A stretch of DNA of 64,000 bases, taken from the NCBI GenBank assembly GCA_030390025.1, contig JASTWF010000810.1, positions 62,001 to 126,000 on the forward strand. Direction: 5' to 3'. Below the pieces are notes generated by a model. It made no database searches. It saw nothing but the letters and a program-made list of their open reading frames with translations, and was not told the DNA's origin. Below are positions 24,801 through 36,667 of the stretch, in pieces (position 1 is the stretch's first letter; every line of letters begins with the position of its first letter). This DNA is from Squalus acanthias (Eukaryota). The position numbers and the translations under genes were made by a program.

Positions 24801-25240
24801 CCTTCCTCCTGTGGAGCTGCAGATCGTTGAGGAGAAGGCTGCTGCGGTGGGTGTGGTTGGTGTTGTTGCTGCTGAAGCTCATCTTGGCCCGATTCTGAGA
24901 TACAAGGTGAAACAGCATAAGCGGCACCCATGCTGATCTGATAAATGCCAGATAAAGTGGAGATCAGAGGCACAATCCTCAATGTAGTGAGAGTGACTTC
25001 CGTGTTTGTAGAAATCATTTGCAAACTCCTAAAAGCAATTTCGGAGTAGAACTGGTGTCACGGGAGCAGGTGTGATTATTTACGTGATTTTTTTCTACTG
25101 CCAATTGATCATCTCCCACAATGTCCGCTCAGCTCTGACCTTTCTTTCACAGGCAAGGTTCAGGAAGCCCGTGAATCCCGTGCACAGTGAAAAATGTTAC
25201 ATCAGTTTAAAAACCTGTTAATAGCTCGTTAAAGACTTAC
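21900..25240. mobile_element. Degenerate PIF/Harbinger transposon: accessory (Myb/SANT-type) gene remnant on + (21900-22700) and transposase remnant on - (23760-24950)
   Basis: GFPHVQGAINCTHVPIKAP...NQKGFHSLKVQLVC and CCVLHN plus an acidic tail are HARBI1-like DDE motifs. Convergent two-gene layout. Confidence 0.8.
22853..23613. mobile_element. Harbinger-type MITE with 15-bp TIRs
   Basis: gggacagaaattcgg ... ccgaatttctggccc (1 mismatch), with an AT-rich core. Confidence 0.8.
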
Positions 25241-25246
25241 ATTATT

Positions 25247-26030
25247 TTTATTCGTTCATGGGATCTGGGCGTCGCTGGCAAGGCCTGCATTTATTGCCCA
25301 TCCCTAGTTGTCCTTGAGAACGTGGTGGTGAGTCGCCTTCTTGAACCGCTGCAGTCTGTGTGGTGAAGGTAGTCCCACAGTGCTGTTAGGTAGGGAGTTC
25401 CAGGATTTTGACACAGCGATGATGAAGGATTGCCGATATAATTCTAAGTCAGAATGGTGTGTCACTTGGAGGGGAACTTGGAGGTGGTGGTGTTACCATG
25501 CGACTGCTTCCCTTGTCCATCTCGGTGGAAGTGGTCGCGGGTTTGGGAGGTGCTGTGAAGAAGCCTTGGCATGTTGCTGCAGAGTATCTTTTAGAGGGTA
25601 CACATTGCAGCAACGGTACGCTGGTGCTGGAGGGAATGAATGTCTAATGTAGTGGATGGTGTGCCAATAAAGCGGGCTGCTTTGTCCTGGAAGTTGTCGA
25701 GCTTCTTTAGTGTTGCTGCAGCTGCACTCATCCAGGCAAGTGGAGAGTATTCCATCATACTCCTAATTTTTGCCTTGTAGATGATGGAAAGGCTTTGGGG
25801 TTTCAGGAGGTGAGACACTGGCTGCAGAATATCCAGCCTCTGACCTGCTCTTGTTGCCACAGTATTTATATGGCTGGTCCAGTTAAATTTGTGGATAATG
25901 GTGACCCCCAGGATTTTGATGGTGGGGATTCGGCTATGGTAATGCCGTTGAATGTCATGGGGAGGTGGTTGGCATCTCGCTTGTTGGAGAAATCATTGCC
26001 TGGCACTTCTGTGGCGCGAATGTTACCTGC
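25247..26030 (-). mobile_element. 3' fragment of a non-LTR retrotransposon (RTE-X-like)
   Basis: YKAKIRSMMEYSPLAW...LDNFQDKAARFIG is an RT thumb-region motif. Confidence 0.7.
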
Positions 26031-26229
26031 CTGCCTCTCCCGAGCGTGTCTCTGGCGCGCTGAGAAACGCACCAGAGCTAAAAGCGAAAATTAGCGTCTT
26101 GAAGGCAGCTTCCCGAAACGCTGTAAATTTCGGTACTATTAACTGCCCACCCACTCGCAAGCCCGCACCCTCATCAATTGAAAAACTCAGGCCAAAGAGT
26201 TACCACTGGCAGGATGTTCGGAGCAACAA

Positions 26230-26512
26230 GGCACAGATTTAACATAATTGCAAAAAATCCAGGTTGCAGATGGGCAGAAATATTGTTGCACCCGAGTTGT
26301 TATGATCTGGAGGACACTGCCTGAAAGACTGGTATAAGCAGATTCAATAGTAAATTTCAAAAGGGAAACAAATCTCTACTTAAAATGAAACATTTGCAGG
26401 ACTATGGTGCAAGACCATGGGAGTGGTAATAATTGGATAGCGCGTTCAAATAGATGTCACAGACACGATGGGCAGAATGTCCTCCTTCTGTAATGTATGA
26501 TCGCATGATTCT
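26230..26512 (+). mobile_element. Short CR1 3' fragment
   Basis: VVMIW.LP-type coding remnant, 3' stem-loop and atgattctatg tail. Confidence 0.7.
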
Positions 26513-29500
26513 ATGCCGGAATTTTGAAGTTTCTTCCCGCCAGGTGTTTTAACTCCACAGCATGGTTTCCAGGCGGTCGGGAACGCTGTACAGGCGGCCG
26601 CAGTACAAGGGAGGTGTGCGCCCCGATCTTGGTTGGGGGCCTAATCCCGTGGAATCCAATCCACGACCCGAGGTTGGGAGTCGGAACACGGGTGGTTCTG
26701 ATCCCCGACCGCAGGGGGAGCCAATCCGTGGTGTCCCAGATAATAGAGGGGGAACTGATGAGTGGGGGAGGGGCGAACCTTGTGGTCAAGGAGGAAGTAC
26801 TTCTGCTACTTGCAGCCCACAAGGATTTCAGCCCGAGGCTGTCCTCACCTCGCTGCAGCTGCCGGGAATCCCGAGGCCCGGAATCCCCGGCGGGCCACAG
26901 TTCAAGCTGCACAGCAGATTACATCAAAAACTTCAGTCTCCTTATAATTTAAAGTCCCCCGTCCCGCCTCCGTTAAATCCGGAAATGGGCGTGTTGGAGG
27001 CGGGTTGCGGTCGGGATTCACATTTTTCATACTTTAACTTTCCACCAACCCCCACCCAAACCGTTTTTTGGATTTACAATTCCCCGTATGATTCTATCGG
27101 TTCTCAGCTGTAGAGTGTGCTGTCTCCTCCTCTCAGTTCTCAGCGAGAAATCCACCTGATCCCTCATCCTAACCTACTATTACTTTCAGCTCTGACGTTG
27201 CCCACAAAATTGGCCCCATAGCTTTGGCCGCGGGATCCATACTAGAATATAAAGGGAAGCATTTGGGCATAAATCCTCGGTACTGAAAATTTATGGAAGG
27301 AAATCTCTCATCTAACGTTTTGTCAAAACTGAAAATTGTTGCTTGCAGCCAACACAAATTAACATACAAAAAATCGGTTATACTGATGGAAACACGCATT
27401 GTATACTGATAGTCGCACAAAGAACATATTTTGCTGCTTGGCAGTGTTGATCAATTAACTCATTAAAATTTATCAAACAGATGTGTTAGTCGGCACGGAC
27501 ACATTCACAAACAGTCTTTTACCTTGCAACGTTATGCACACAGTTCTCACGCACCATTGTATACAATAAAGAGATGTTAGTAATTAGAACATTTACCATT
27601 CAAGCGCACATATGCAGCGTTTCCTATTTGTATAAGTGGTTACACTGAAGCTGATCTGTAATTACAGATGTGAATAGTTTGAAAAGTCAGAGCTGTTGAT
27701 AAGTTTGAAACTGCACCAGATATATAAACATAGACCAGGGTTTCTTAATTATGAAATTGTAGTTATTGAGCAATAGTCCTTCATGAACGTCTTATCCACA
27801 CTCATCGTGTTAACAAGGAGCCCTGTTGCAATGACGTTGTCCCGTTGTTTGCCATTTAAGACAGCAAATTGCAATCAAACAGTGCCTTTAACGTAGAATA
27901 AACGCCCCAATGGTCTCCACAGAGAGGTATTCAAAAATGGCCGCTGGATAGAACGAAGTAATAGGGAGTGTAACCAAAAGCTTGGTCAAAGAGCAAGATT
28001 TTAATTAGGGTATTAAAGAAGGAGAGAGAGGTGAACAGGCAGTCGCTTTAAGGAGGGAACTTGGGGCCAAGGTGGATAAAGGGACTGCCAATAATGCAAT
28101 GGTAAAAGGAGGTGGGATTACCAAAAGCTGGAGTGAGGGAGCGGAGACTCGGATTCCTGCATAGAAATTCAAAAACGCTCTTATTTTCTGTTAACCTAAG
28201 AACAGTCGATTCCTGCTCATTTCAGAAGTGATCCGATGTGGGAAGAAGATGGAGGAGGAAATCTCCCAGCGAATTTAGAAAGATGAAAAAGCAATAGAGC
28301 AGTGATAATGGGAGAATTCAGTTATTCTAAAATGGACTGAGCAAAAAACGGAGTAATATGCAATGAGGGGATGAATTCCTGAAATGTGTACAGGATAACT
28401 TTCTTGATCAGTGTGTTTCAAACCCAAATATGAAGGAAGCAGTGCTGGATCTCGTTCTGGGTGTTGAAATTGGGCAAGTGCAGTAAGTTTCAGGGGGAGA
28501 TCATTTGGGAAACTGTGCTGACCATATTGTTAGGTGTAGAGTAGTTAGGGAAAGGAAAAAGGTACAATGTAAAGTCAAGATATTCAACTGGAAGAGTACT
28601 AATTTTCGTGAGCTGAAAAGGAATCTGTCCCAGATGGATTGGAAACTAAGCTTAGCAGGTGAAACGGTAAATCAGAAATTCGAGGCCTTCAAAGAGGAGA
28701 TAGTTTGTGTACTTGAGGGGGAGACGATTGGCATTCAAAGCTAGATATCCCTAGATGAATAAAAAGATAGAGATTACAATTAAACAGGAAAAGGACGCTT
28801 TTGGTAAATGTCAAATATATTATACAGTAGAGAATCCAGCAGAATTCAGAAGTTGCAAATGAGAACTGAGAAAGCAAACACGAGTGGCAAAGAGATACTG
28901 TGAGAAAAGATTAGCAGGCAACATAAAAACGAAAACTAAAGTCGTTTATAAACATATAAATATTAAAAAGATAGTCAAAGGAAGGGTGGGGCCGATTAGG
29001 AACAGAACAAGGGAACTTTTTATGGAGGCCGAGGGCGTGGCTAATGTACTAAATGAATAGTTTGCATCTGGCTGCACAAAAGAAGTGGATCCTCCCAATG
29101 TCACAATAAATGTGGATGGGTACAGAAAGTAGGTAGCATAAAAATAGCTAAAGAGTAGTCAATTAAATGATTGGCACCGCTCAAAGTAAAAACTTCATCC
29201 GATTCAGATGGGATGCATACAACGTTGCTGGGGGAAGTAAGTGCGGAAATAGCCACAATCTTTCAATCCGCCTTGCGTATGGGATTGATGGCAGAGGACT
29301 GGAAGGGTACAAATGTTACACCCATTTCAAAAAGGGGAGTGTGATAAAGACAGTAACTACAGGCCAGTCAAACTAACGTCAGTGTTGAGGAAACATTTAG
29401 AGAAAACAATCTTGGCCAAAACTAATTCTCACTTAGAAACATAGAAACATAGAAGATAGGAGTAGGAGTAGTTCATTCGGCCCCTCGAGCCTGCTCCGCC

Positions 29501-29534
29501 ATTCGATGAGATCATGGCTGATCATCTAAACTCA

Positions 29535-32500
29535 TTACCCTGTACCGGCCTTCTCCCCATATCCCTTGATACCTGTAGCTTTAAGAAATATATCTAACTC
29601 ATCCTTGAATATATTTAATGACTTTGCCTCAACTACCTTCCGTGGTAGCGTATTCCACAGGTTCACCACTCTCTGGGTGAAGAAATTCTTCCTCATTTCT
29701 GTCCTAAATGGTTTACCCGTTATCCGTAGATTATGACCCCTGGTTCTGGACTCTCCGACCATCGGGAACATTCTTCCTGCATCTAGTTTGTCCAGACCTG
29801 TCAGAATTGTATATGTTTCGATGAGATCCCCTCTCATTCTTCTATACTCCAGTGAGTATAAGCCCAATCGACCCAATCTCTCCTCATATGTCATTCCTGC
29901 CATCCCAGGTATCAGCCTTGTGAATCTTCGCTGAACTCCTTCCATGGCAAGAACATCCTTCCTCAGATAAGGCGACCAAAATTGCACACAGTGCTCAAGG
30001 TGTGGTCTCACCAAGGCCCTGTACAACTGCAGCAGGACATCCCTGTTCCTATACTCAAACCCTTTCGCTATGAAGGCCAACATACCATTTGCCTTCTTCA
30101 CTGCCTGCTGCACCTGCATGCTTACTTTCAGCGACTGGTGCACAAGGACACCCAGGTCTCGTTGCACTTCCCCTTCTCCCAATCTATTGCCATTCAGATA
30201 ATAGTCTGCCTTTCTGTTTTTGACACCAAAGTGGATAACCTCGCACTTATCCACGTTATATTGCATCTGCCACGCTTCTGCCCACTCACCCAACCTGTCC
30301 AGATCATCCTGGAGTTTCTCACTATCCTCCTCGCTGCACACACTCCCACCCAGCTTTGTGTCATCTGCAAACTTGGAGATATTACATTTAATTCCCTTAT
30401 CTAGATCATTAATGTATATTTTGAATAGCTGGGGTCCAAGGACCGATCCCTGCGGTACCCCACTAGTCACTGCTTGCCACTCGGAAAAAGACCCATTAAT
30501 TCCTACTCTCTGCTTTCTGTCCGCCAACCAGTTCTCTATCCAAGTCAATACCTTGCCCCCAATCCCATGTGCCTTAACTTTACCCGCTAATCTCTTATGT
30601 GGGACCTTATCGAAAGCCTTTTGAAAGTCCAAATACACCACATCTACTGGTTCTCCCTTATCTATTTTCCCAGTTACATCCTCAAAAAATTCCAGTAGAT
30701 TAGTCAAGCACGATTTACCTTTTGTAAATCCATGTTGACTTTGTCCGATCCTGTCACTGTTTTTCAAATGCTCAGCTATTACATCTTTTATAATGGACTC
30801 TAGCATTTTCCCCAATACCGATGTCAGGCTTACCGGTCTGTAATTCCCCGCTTTCTCTCTACCACCCTTTTTGAATAGTGGGGTAACATTAGCTACCCTC
30901 CAATCCATGGGTACAGTTCCAGATTCCATCGAATGTTGGAAGATGATCAGCAATGCATCTACTATTTCTAGGGCCACTTCCTTAAGTACCCTAGGATGTA
31001 GATTATCAGGCCCTGGGGATTTATCGGCCTTCAATACCGTCAATTTCCCTAACACCATTTCCCTGCAAATACTGATTTCTTTCAGTTCCTCCCTTTCATC
31101 AGACCGTATGTTCTCCAACATCTCTGGGAGGTTATTTGTGTCCTCCTTTGTGAAGACAGAACCAAAATATGCATTTAATTGGGCTGCCATTTCTTTGTTC
31201 CCCATTATAACTTCCCCCGCTTCTGACTGCAAGGGACCTACACTTGATTTCACTAATCTTTTTCTCTTCACATATCTATAAAAGCTCTTACAGTCAGTTT
31301 TTATGTTCCCAGCAAGCTTACTTTCATATTCTATTTTCCCCTTCTTAATTAATCCCTTTGTCCTCCTTTGTTGAATCCTAAACTGCTCCCAATCCTCAGG
31401 GCTACTGCTTTTTCTGGCCAATTTATATGCCCTCTCCTTGGATCTTATGCTATCCCTAATTTCCCTTGTTAGCCACGGTTGAGTCACCCTTTTTATTTTA
31501 TTCTTATGCCACACTGGGATGTACAAATTCTGTAGTTCATCCATGCAGTCTTTGAATGTTTGCCATTGCCTATCCACCGTCAACCCCTTGAGTGACATAC
31601 CCCAATCAATCCTACCCAATTCGCGCCTCATACCATCGTAGTTTCCTTTATTTAAATTCAGGACCCTAGTCTCTGATTCAACTACTTCACTCTCCATCCT
31701 AATGAAGAATTCTATCATATTATGGTCACTCTGACCCAAGGGGCCTCGTACAACAAGATTGCTAATTAATCCTTTCTCGTTGCATAATACCCAGTCTAAG
31801 ATGGCCTGATCTCTGGTTGGTTCCTCGACATATTGTTCCAGAAAACCTTCTCGTAAACATTCTAGGAATTCCTCCTCCACAGTATTTTTACTAATTTGGT
31901 TAGCCCAAGCTATATGTAAATTAAAGTCACCCATGATGACTGATGTGCCCTTACTGCGTGCTTCTCTAATTTCCCTTTTAATGCCATCCCCAACCTCCGT
32001 ATTACTGTTTGGAGGTCTATATACTACTCCCACTAACGTTTTCTGCCCCTTGTTATTTCTCAGTTCTACCCATACAGATTCCGCATCATCAGAGCTAATA
32101 TCCTTCCTTTCAATTGTGTTAATCCCCTCTTTAACCAGCAATGCTACCCCACCTCCCTTTCTTTTTTGCCTATCTTTCCTAAATATTGAATAACCCTGGA
32201 TGTTGAGTTCCCAGCCTTGGCCACCCTGGAGCCATGTTTCTGTAATCCCAATCAAATCGTATTCATTTACCTCTATTTGCGCATCTAATTCATCCACCTT
32301 GTTCCGAATGCTCCTTGCATTAAGACACAAAGCCTTCAGGCTTGTTTTTTTAACGCTCTCAAACCTATATGAATTATTATTTACTGTGACCATGTTTGAT
32401 TTAAACCGTTGAGTTCTTTGCCTTCTACTTTTGTTTTTCTCCTTCCTGTCTTTAGCTTTTATCCTTATTTCCCTTTCCTCTGTCTCCCTGCTCAGGTTCC

Positions 32501-33068
32501 CAACCCCCTGCCACTTTAGTTTAAACCCTCCCCAAACAGCACTAGCAAACACTCCCCCTAGGACATCGGTCCCGGCCCTGCCCAGGTGCAGACCGTCCCG
32601 TTTGTACTGGTCCCACCTCCCCCAGAACCGGTTCCAATGTCCAAGGAATTTGAATCCCTCCCCCTTGCACCATTCTTCTAGCCACGTATTCATTTGAAAT
32701 ATCCTCCTATTTCTACTCTGACTAGCACGTGGCACTGGTAGCAATCCTGAGATTACTACCTTTGAGGTCCTCTTTTTTAATTTACCTCCTAACTCCCTAT
32801 ATTCTGCTTTTAGGACCTCATCCCGTTTTTTCCCTATATCGTTGATGCCTATGTGCACCACGACAACTGGCTGTTCGCCCTCCCCCTCGAAAGTGTTCGG
32901 TAGCCGCTCCGAGACGTCCTTGACCCTTGCACCAGGGAGGCAACACACCATCCTGGAGTCTCGATTGCGGCCGCAGAAATGCCTATCTATTCCCCTTACA
33001 ATTGAATCCCCTATCACTATAGCTCTTCCACACTTTTTCCTCCCAGCCTGTGCAGCAGAGCCACCCAT
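29535..33068 (-). CDS. CR1 ORF1 SGNH esterase fused to ORF2 (AP endonuclease + reverse transcriptase), 1177 aa
   Basis: VIGDS/HIGIND/DGLH (esterase); NARS, ITETW, GDFN, SDH (APE); GVPQGS, FADD (RT). Confidence 0.95.
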   Translation of the reverse strand: MGGSAAQAGRKKCGRAIVIGDSIVRGIDRHFCGRNRDSRMVCCLPGARVKDVSERLPNTFEGEGEQPVVVVHIGINDIGKKRDEVLKAEYRELGGKLKKRTSKVVISGLLPVPRASQSRNRRIFQMNTWLEEWCKGEGFKFLGHWNRFWGRWDQYKRDGLHLGRAGTDVLGGVFASAVWGGFKLKWQGVGNLSRETEEREIRIKAKDRKEKNKSRRQRTQRFKSNMVTVNNNSYRFESVKKTSLKALCLNARSIRNKVDELDAQIEVNEYDLIGITETWLQGGQGWELNIQGYSIFRKDRQKRKGGGVALLVKEGINTIERKDISSDDAESVWVELRNNKGQKTLVGVVYRPPNSNTEVGDGIKREIREARSKGTSVIMGDFNLHIAWANQISKNTVEEEFLECLREGFLEQYVEEPTRDQAILDWVLCNEKGLISNLVVRGPLGQSDHNMIEFFIRMESEVVESETRVLNLNKGNYDGMRRELGRIDWGMSLKGLTVDRQWQTFKDCMDELQNLYIPVWHKNKIKRVTQPWLTREIRDSIRSKERAYKLARKSSSPEDWEQFRIQQRRTKGLIKKGKIEYESKLAGNIKTDCKSFYRYVKRKRLVKSSVGPLQSEAGEVIMGNKEMAAQLNAYFGSVFTKEDTNNLPEMLENIRSDEREELKEISICREMVLGKLTVLKADKSPGPDNLHPRVLKEVALEIVDALLIIFQHSMESGTVPMDWRVANVTPLFKKGGREKAGNYRPVSLTSVLGKMLESIIKDVIAEHLKNSDRIGQSQHGFTKGKSCLTNLLEFFEDVTGKIDKGEPVDVVYLDFQKAFDKVPHKRLAGKVKAHGIGGKVLTWIENWLADRKQRVGINGSFSEWQAVTSGVPQGSVLGPQLFKIYINDLDKGIKCNISKFADDTKLGGSVCSEEDSEKLQDDLDRLGEWAEAWQMQYNVDKCEVIHFGVKNRKADYYLNGNRLGEGEVQRDLGVLVHQSLKVSMQVQQAVKKANGMLAFIAKGFEYRNRDVLLQLYRALVRPHLEHCVQFWSPYLRKDVLAMEGVQRRFTRLIPGMAGMTYEERLGRLGLYSLEYRRMRGDLIETYTILTGLDKLDAGRMFPMVGESRTRGHNLRITGKPFRTEMRKNFFTQRVVNLWNTLPRKVVEAKSLNIFKDELDIFLKATGIKGYGEKAGTG

Positions 33069-33104
33069 GGTGCCAGGAAGTTGGCTGCTGCCGCCTTCCC
33101 CTGA

Positions 33105-33467
33105 TCAGTCATCCCCCCCAACAGCATCCAAAGTGGTATATCTGTTTGAGAGGGGGATGGCCACAGGGAACCCCTGCACTACCTGCCTGCACCTCTTACT
33201 CTGCCTGGTGGTCACCCATTCACTTCCTGCCTGTACAACCTTTACCTGCGGTGTGACCAACTCGCTAAATGTGTTATTCACGACGTTCTCAGCGTCGCGA
33301 ATGCTCCAATATGCATCCATCTGCAGCTCCAGCGCCACAATGCGGTCCGTCAGTAGCTGCAGCTGGATACATTTCCCACACACATGGTCGTCAGGGACAC
33401 AGGAAGTGTCCCTGATTTCCCACATACTGCAGGAGGAGCATATCACGGCGCCGAGCTCTGCTGCCAT
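33105..33467 (-). CDS. CR1 ORF1 N-terminal part (zinc finger/leucine zipper), ending at a premature in-frame TGA
   Basis: CSSC...CGKC followed by a leucine heptad, and LSNRY motif. Same frame as the downstream ORF (offset 399 nt). Confidence 0.85.
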   Translation of the reverse strand: MAAELGAVICSSCSMWEIRDTSCVPDDHVCGKCIQLQLLTDRIVALELQMDAYWSIRDAENVVNNTFSELVTPQVKVVQAGSEWVTTRQSKRCRQVVQGFPVAIPLSNRYTTLDAVGGDD

Positions 33468-34314
33468 GACTTACCCTTTAATTAATTAATTAAAATTAAA
33501 CTAATTGAATCCCACCAATTTCACTTCAATTAAATGATATACTCAAGGGCCCTTGCTTAGCAGCAGTCCCCGCTACACCACAGAGACTCTAGAAACTATA
33601 AACCACAGAATTTAAGTATGGTAAAAAGGAGAAAAAGAGAAATACTCAACAACCAATCACTTACCTGCTTTCTGGTGACGTCACACTTTGATTATTTTCT
33701 ACTTCTCTCTCTCCCGCTCTCGGGGCTCAGATTAGTAAGCCTATCTGGTCGCCGCTGCCTCTTTTACAGCCGCCGCCTCGCCGCAGCCGCTCCACCCAGG
33801 TCCGCCGCCTCTGTTCACTTCGAAAAATATGTTTCATTCATGACAGCCAACACGGATTAGTTAAATGAAAATCGAATGTGTCAAACTTGATTGAGTTCTT
33901 TGATTAAATAAAGGGAAGGGTTGATGAGGGTAGTGTGGTTTATGTTGTGTATATTGCCTTTCAGACTGGAGGGGTATGTATATACAGTAATACCCGCTAG
34001 GAGGTCGTTATTCGGACCACTGCTTATTTTGATATATATTAATGACCTAGTGTTGGGTAGACAGAATTATTTCCAAGTTTGCAGTAGACACGACGCTCGG
34101 AAATGTACTAAACAGTGGGGAGCATAGTAGCAGAATTCAGGAGGACATAGACAGACTGGTGAAATGGGCAGGTCCATGGCAGATTAATGTTAAATGCAGA
34201 GAAGTGTGAAGTGATCCGTTTTGGAAGGACGAATGAGGACAGGCAATATAAACAAAATGAGAATAATTTAAATGGGCTGCAGGAGGAGAGACACCTACGT
34301 TTTTCGTACACAAG

Positions 34315-34735
34315 TGTCAGGCGTGGCTCAGCTGGTAGCACCTTCGCCGGGGAGTCCGAAGGTTGTGGGTTCAAGTTCCACTCCAGAGATTTGAGCACAA
34401 AAATCTCACTCCAGTAAAATACTGAGGGATTGCTGCACTGTCAGAGGTGCGGTCTTTCAGAGGCCCTGTCTGCTCTCTCAGGTGGACGTAAAAGATCCGA
34501 TGGCACTATTTCGAAGAAGAGCAGGGGAGTTATTCCTGGTGTCCTGGCCAATATTTGTCCCTCAGTCAGCAGATTATCACATTGCTGTTTGTCGGAGCTA
34601 GGTGTGTGTAAATTTGCTGACGCGTTTTAAACATTACAACAGTGACTACACTTCAAAAAGTACTTCATTGGCTGTAAAACGCTTTGGGACGTTGGGTGGT
34701 CGTGAACGGCGCTATATTAATGCAAGTCTTTGCTT
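34315..34735 (+). mobile_element. tRNA-derived Deu-domain SINE (SacSINE1-like)
   Basis: A box TGGCTCAGCTGG, B box GGTTCAAGTTCC, Deu core (taaaagatcc..tggcactatt..gaagaagagcagggg..gtcctggccaat) and L2-like tail. Confidence 0.85.
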
Positions 34736-35699
34736 TTTCTTCATACAAATCTTTGCAGGTGGCAGGAAGAGTTGAGGCTTTTCAGAAAATCATACGGGAT
34801 CCTTGGCTTTACAATAGAGGCATAGAATGCAAAAACAAGGACGTTTTGCTAAACCTATATGAATCACGTTTTAGGCCTTAGCTGGAGTACTGTGTGCTAT
34901 TCTGGTCAGCACACTTTAGGTAAGAGCCTAGGCCAGGATGCAGAGGAGATTTACTAGAATAGTACGAGGGATGAGGGATTTCAGTTATGCGGAGATGCTA
35001 GAAATCCTAGGATTGTTCTTCTTAGAGCAGAGAAGGTTAAGGGTAGATTTAATGGAGGTGTTCAAATTTACATTAGGATTTGATAGACTAAGGTCGGAGA
35101 AACTGTTTCCACTGAGAGGAGGGTCGGTAACCAGAAGAAACAGATTTAAGGTAATTGGCAAAAGAACAAAAGGGTAGATCAGGGGATTTTTATCCAACGC
35201 AGCTGGTTGTTATTATCTGCAATGCACTGCCTGAAAGGACGGTGGCAGTAGATTCAATAATAACATTCAAAAGGTAATTGGATAAATTCTTGAAGGGGAA
35301 TAAGTCATCGTGGCTATAAGAACGTGACATTAGATTGGGACTAATTGGATAACTATAAAAGAACCGGCACATGCATGATGGGCCTAATGGCCTCTACCGT
35401 TCCTGTACGAGTCTATGATTCTATGATTCTATCTTGTACTGATATATAATTTTGACTGTGGGCGCTAGTATTAAACGGGTGATATGGGACCAACCGCACT
35501 TTATAAACCTCTAAGGATGGCAATGAAAATCGAGAGATCACAAGATGACAAACGGGTGACAGAGTATCAGCCCCCCTTTTTAAACCTTGCCGGAATTTCC
35601 TTTCCATTGAACTCAATATTAACATCACTACCGCCATTAAAACTTTATTCCAGGACATTACAGCTCTGACAATGTATTCTGTTTCACTGGTGCGATTTC

Positions 35700-35860
35700 A
35701 TTTTCACCTTTTTCCCTTTGTTCTGATGCTATTTAAATCTTGCTCTTTTTTCCAGTTCTGACGAAGTGTTACGCCCAGAACGGTAACTCGTGTGATTTCT
35801 CCTCAGATGCTGAGCGACCTGCTGAAATGTTCCAGTATTTTCTGGGTTGTTGTTTCTGAG
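35700..35860 (+). mobile_element. Degenerate Penelope-type 3' end
   Basis: ttctgacgaag...cagatgctg..gacctgctga...ccag.atttt motif; hammerhead core is decayed. Confidence 0.5.
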
Positions 35861-36236
35861 ATATTTGCGAACGACGCTGCAGGGATAGGCCGTAGAGATG
35901 TCACTGCATCTGAAATAAATCTTCATCTCACGTAATAGACAATTTGTATATATTGATGAACTAACATCAAGTAAAGATTCTAACACCAAGCTTCCTATTT
36001 CCAGAAGGATATTTTCTACAACTTTTATCCCGCACCCAGTTTCCCGCTGTGGTTTGGATTTTGACGAACACTATTAACATTGTGACCATTGAGCGTTCAG
36101 CTACCCCCACGCAATTCACACATTAAAACCAACTCATTCGTTGGCTCTGCCATTTCAGGCGGATGTCATCTGCTCGCAGTTTATCGCCAGAGCTTTGTGC
36201 TTCCTCGCAGAAAAAGGAAAATGCATTTTGTTAAAC

Positions 36237-36667
36237 ATGTTTATAGCTGGGGTACTTCAGTCCATATGAGTCTTCGGGATTATGTGCACAGGTATTTTCT
36301 GTTGTTCTATTTCTCTCCCTCCCTCTCCTCTCTTTTTCTCTGTCCATAATTTGCCCGTGCATTCCATTATCATGTTGTATTTATAATTATCGTTGTGTTT
36401 CCTGACAGTTGCTATTGATGCTCAGTTCCGAGTCTCCCAAGCTCCTGAAAGCACGATAGTGCTCGTGGGTTCAAACATTACATTCTATTGCACATTCCCC
36501 ATTTTTCAAGATAACTCAGATGTTAGTGTTTATTGGTGGAAACTTGGCGCAACTTTCTGTATACAGCAGGAAAATATTTCTGCATTTTAAACAAGGAGGA
36601 GCCGCCTTTCATCTCCTGAACATCAGTGCGCCGGACTCTGGGGTCAATTACTGCGGAGTGAGAACAC
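36237..36667 (+). pseudogene. Pseudogene paralogue of the V-C1 receptor (leader exon 36237-36291, V exon from 36409)
   Basis: Leader MFIAGVLQSI*VFGIMCT aligns with the gene-1 leader but carries a TGA. V exon FRVSQAPES...NITFYCTFPIFQD...VYWWK is frameshifted to LLNISAPDSGVNYC and cut by a CR1 tail. Confidence 0.9.

Larger units (their letters stand above)
29435..33814 (-). mobile_element. Near-intact full-length CR1-clade LINE
   Basis: GC-rich 5' end with GTGACGTCAC (33675-33684), ORF1, ORF2, 3' stem-loop and (GTTTCTAT)n tail. tcactt flanks both ends. Confidence 0.95.
28240..35430 (+). mobile_element. Old degenerate CR1 LINE, split by the young CR1 (29435-33814) and a SINE (34315-34735)
   Basis: EN/RT remnants at 28240-29434 continue collinearly at 33815-35430 and end in ctatgattctatgattctat. 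Confidence 0.8.

Noticed and set aside
29982-33489. Plus-strand ORFs antisense to the CR1
   Set aside because: Shadow frames of the LINE coding sequence, repeated in every copy.
34315-34390. tRNA gene
   Set aside because: The A and B boxes belong to the head of a Deu-SINE; no full cloverleaf.
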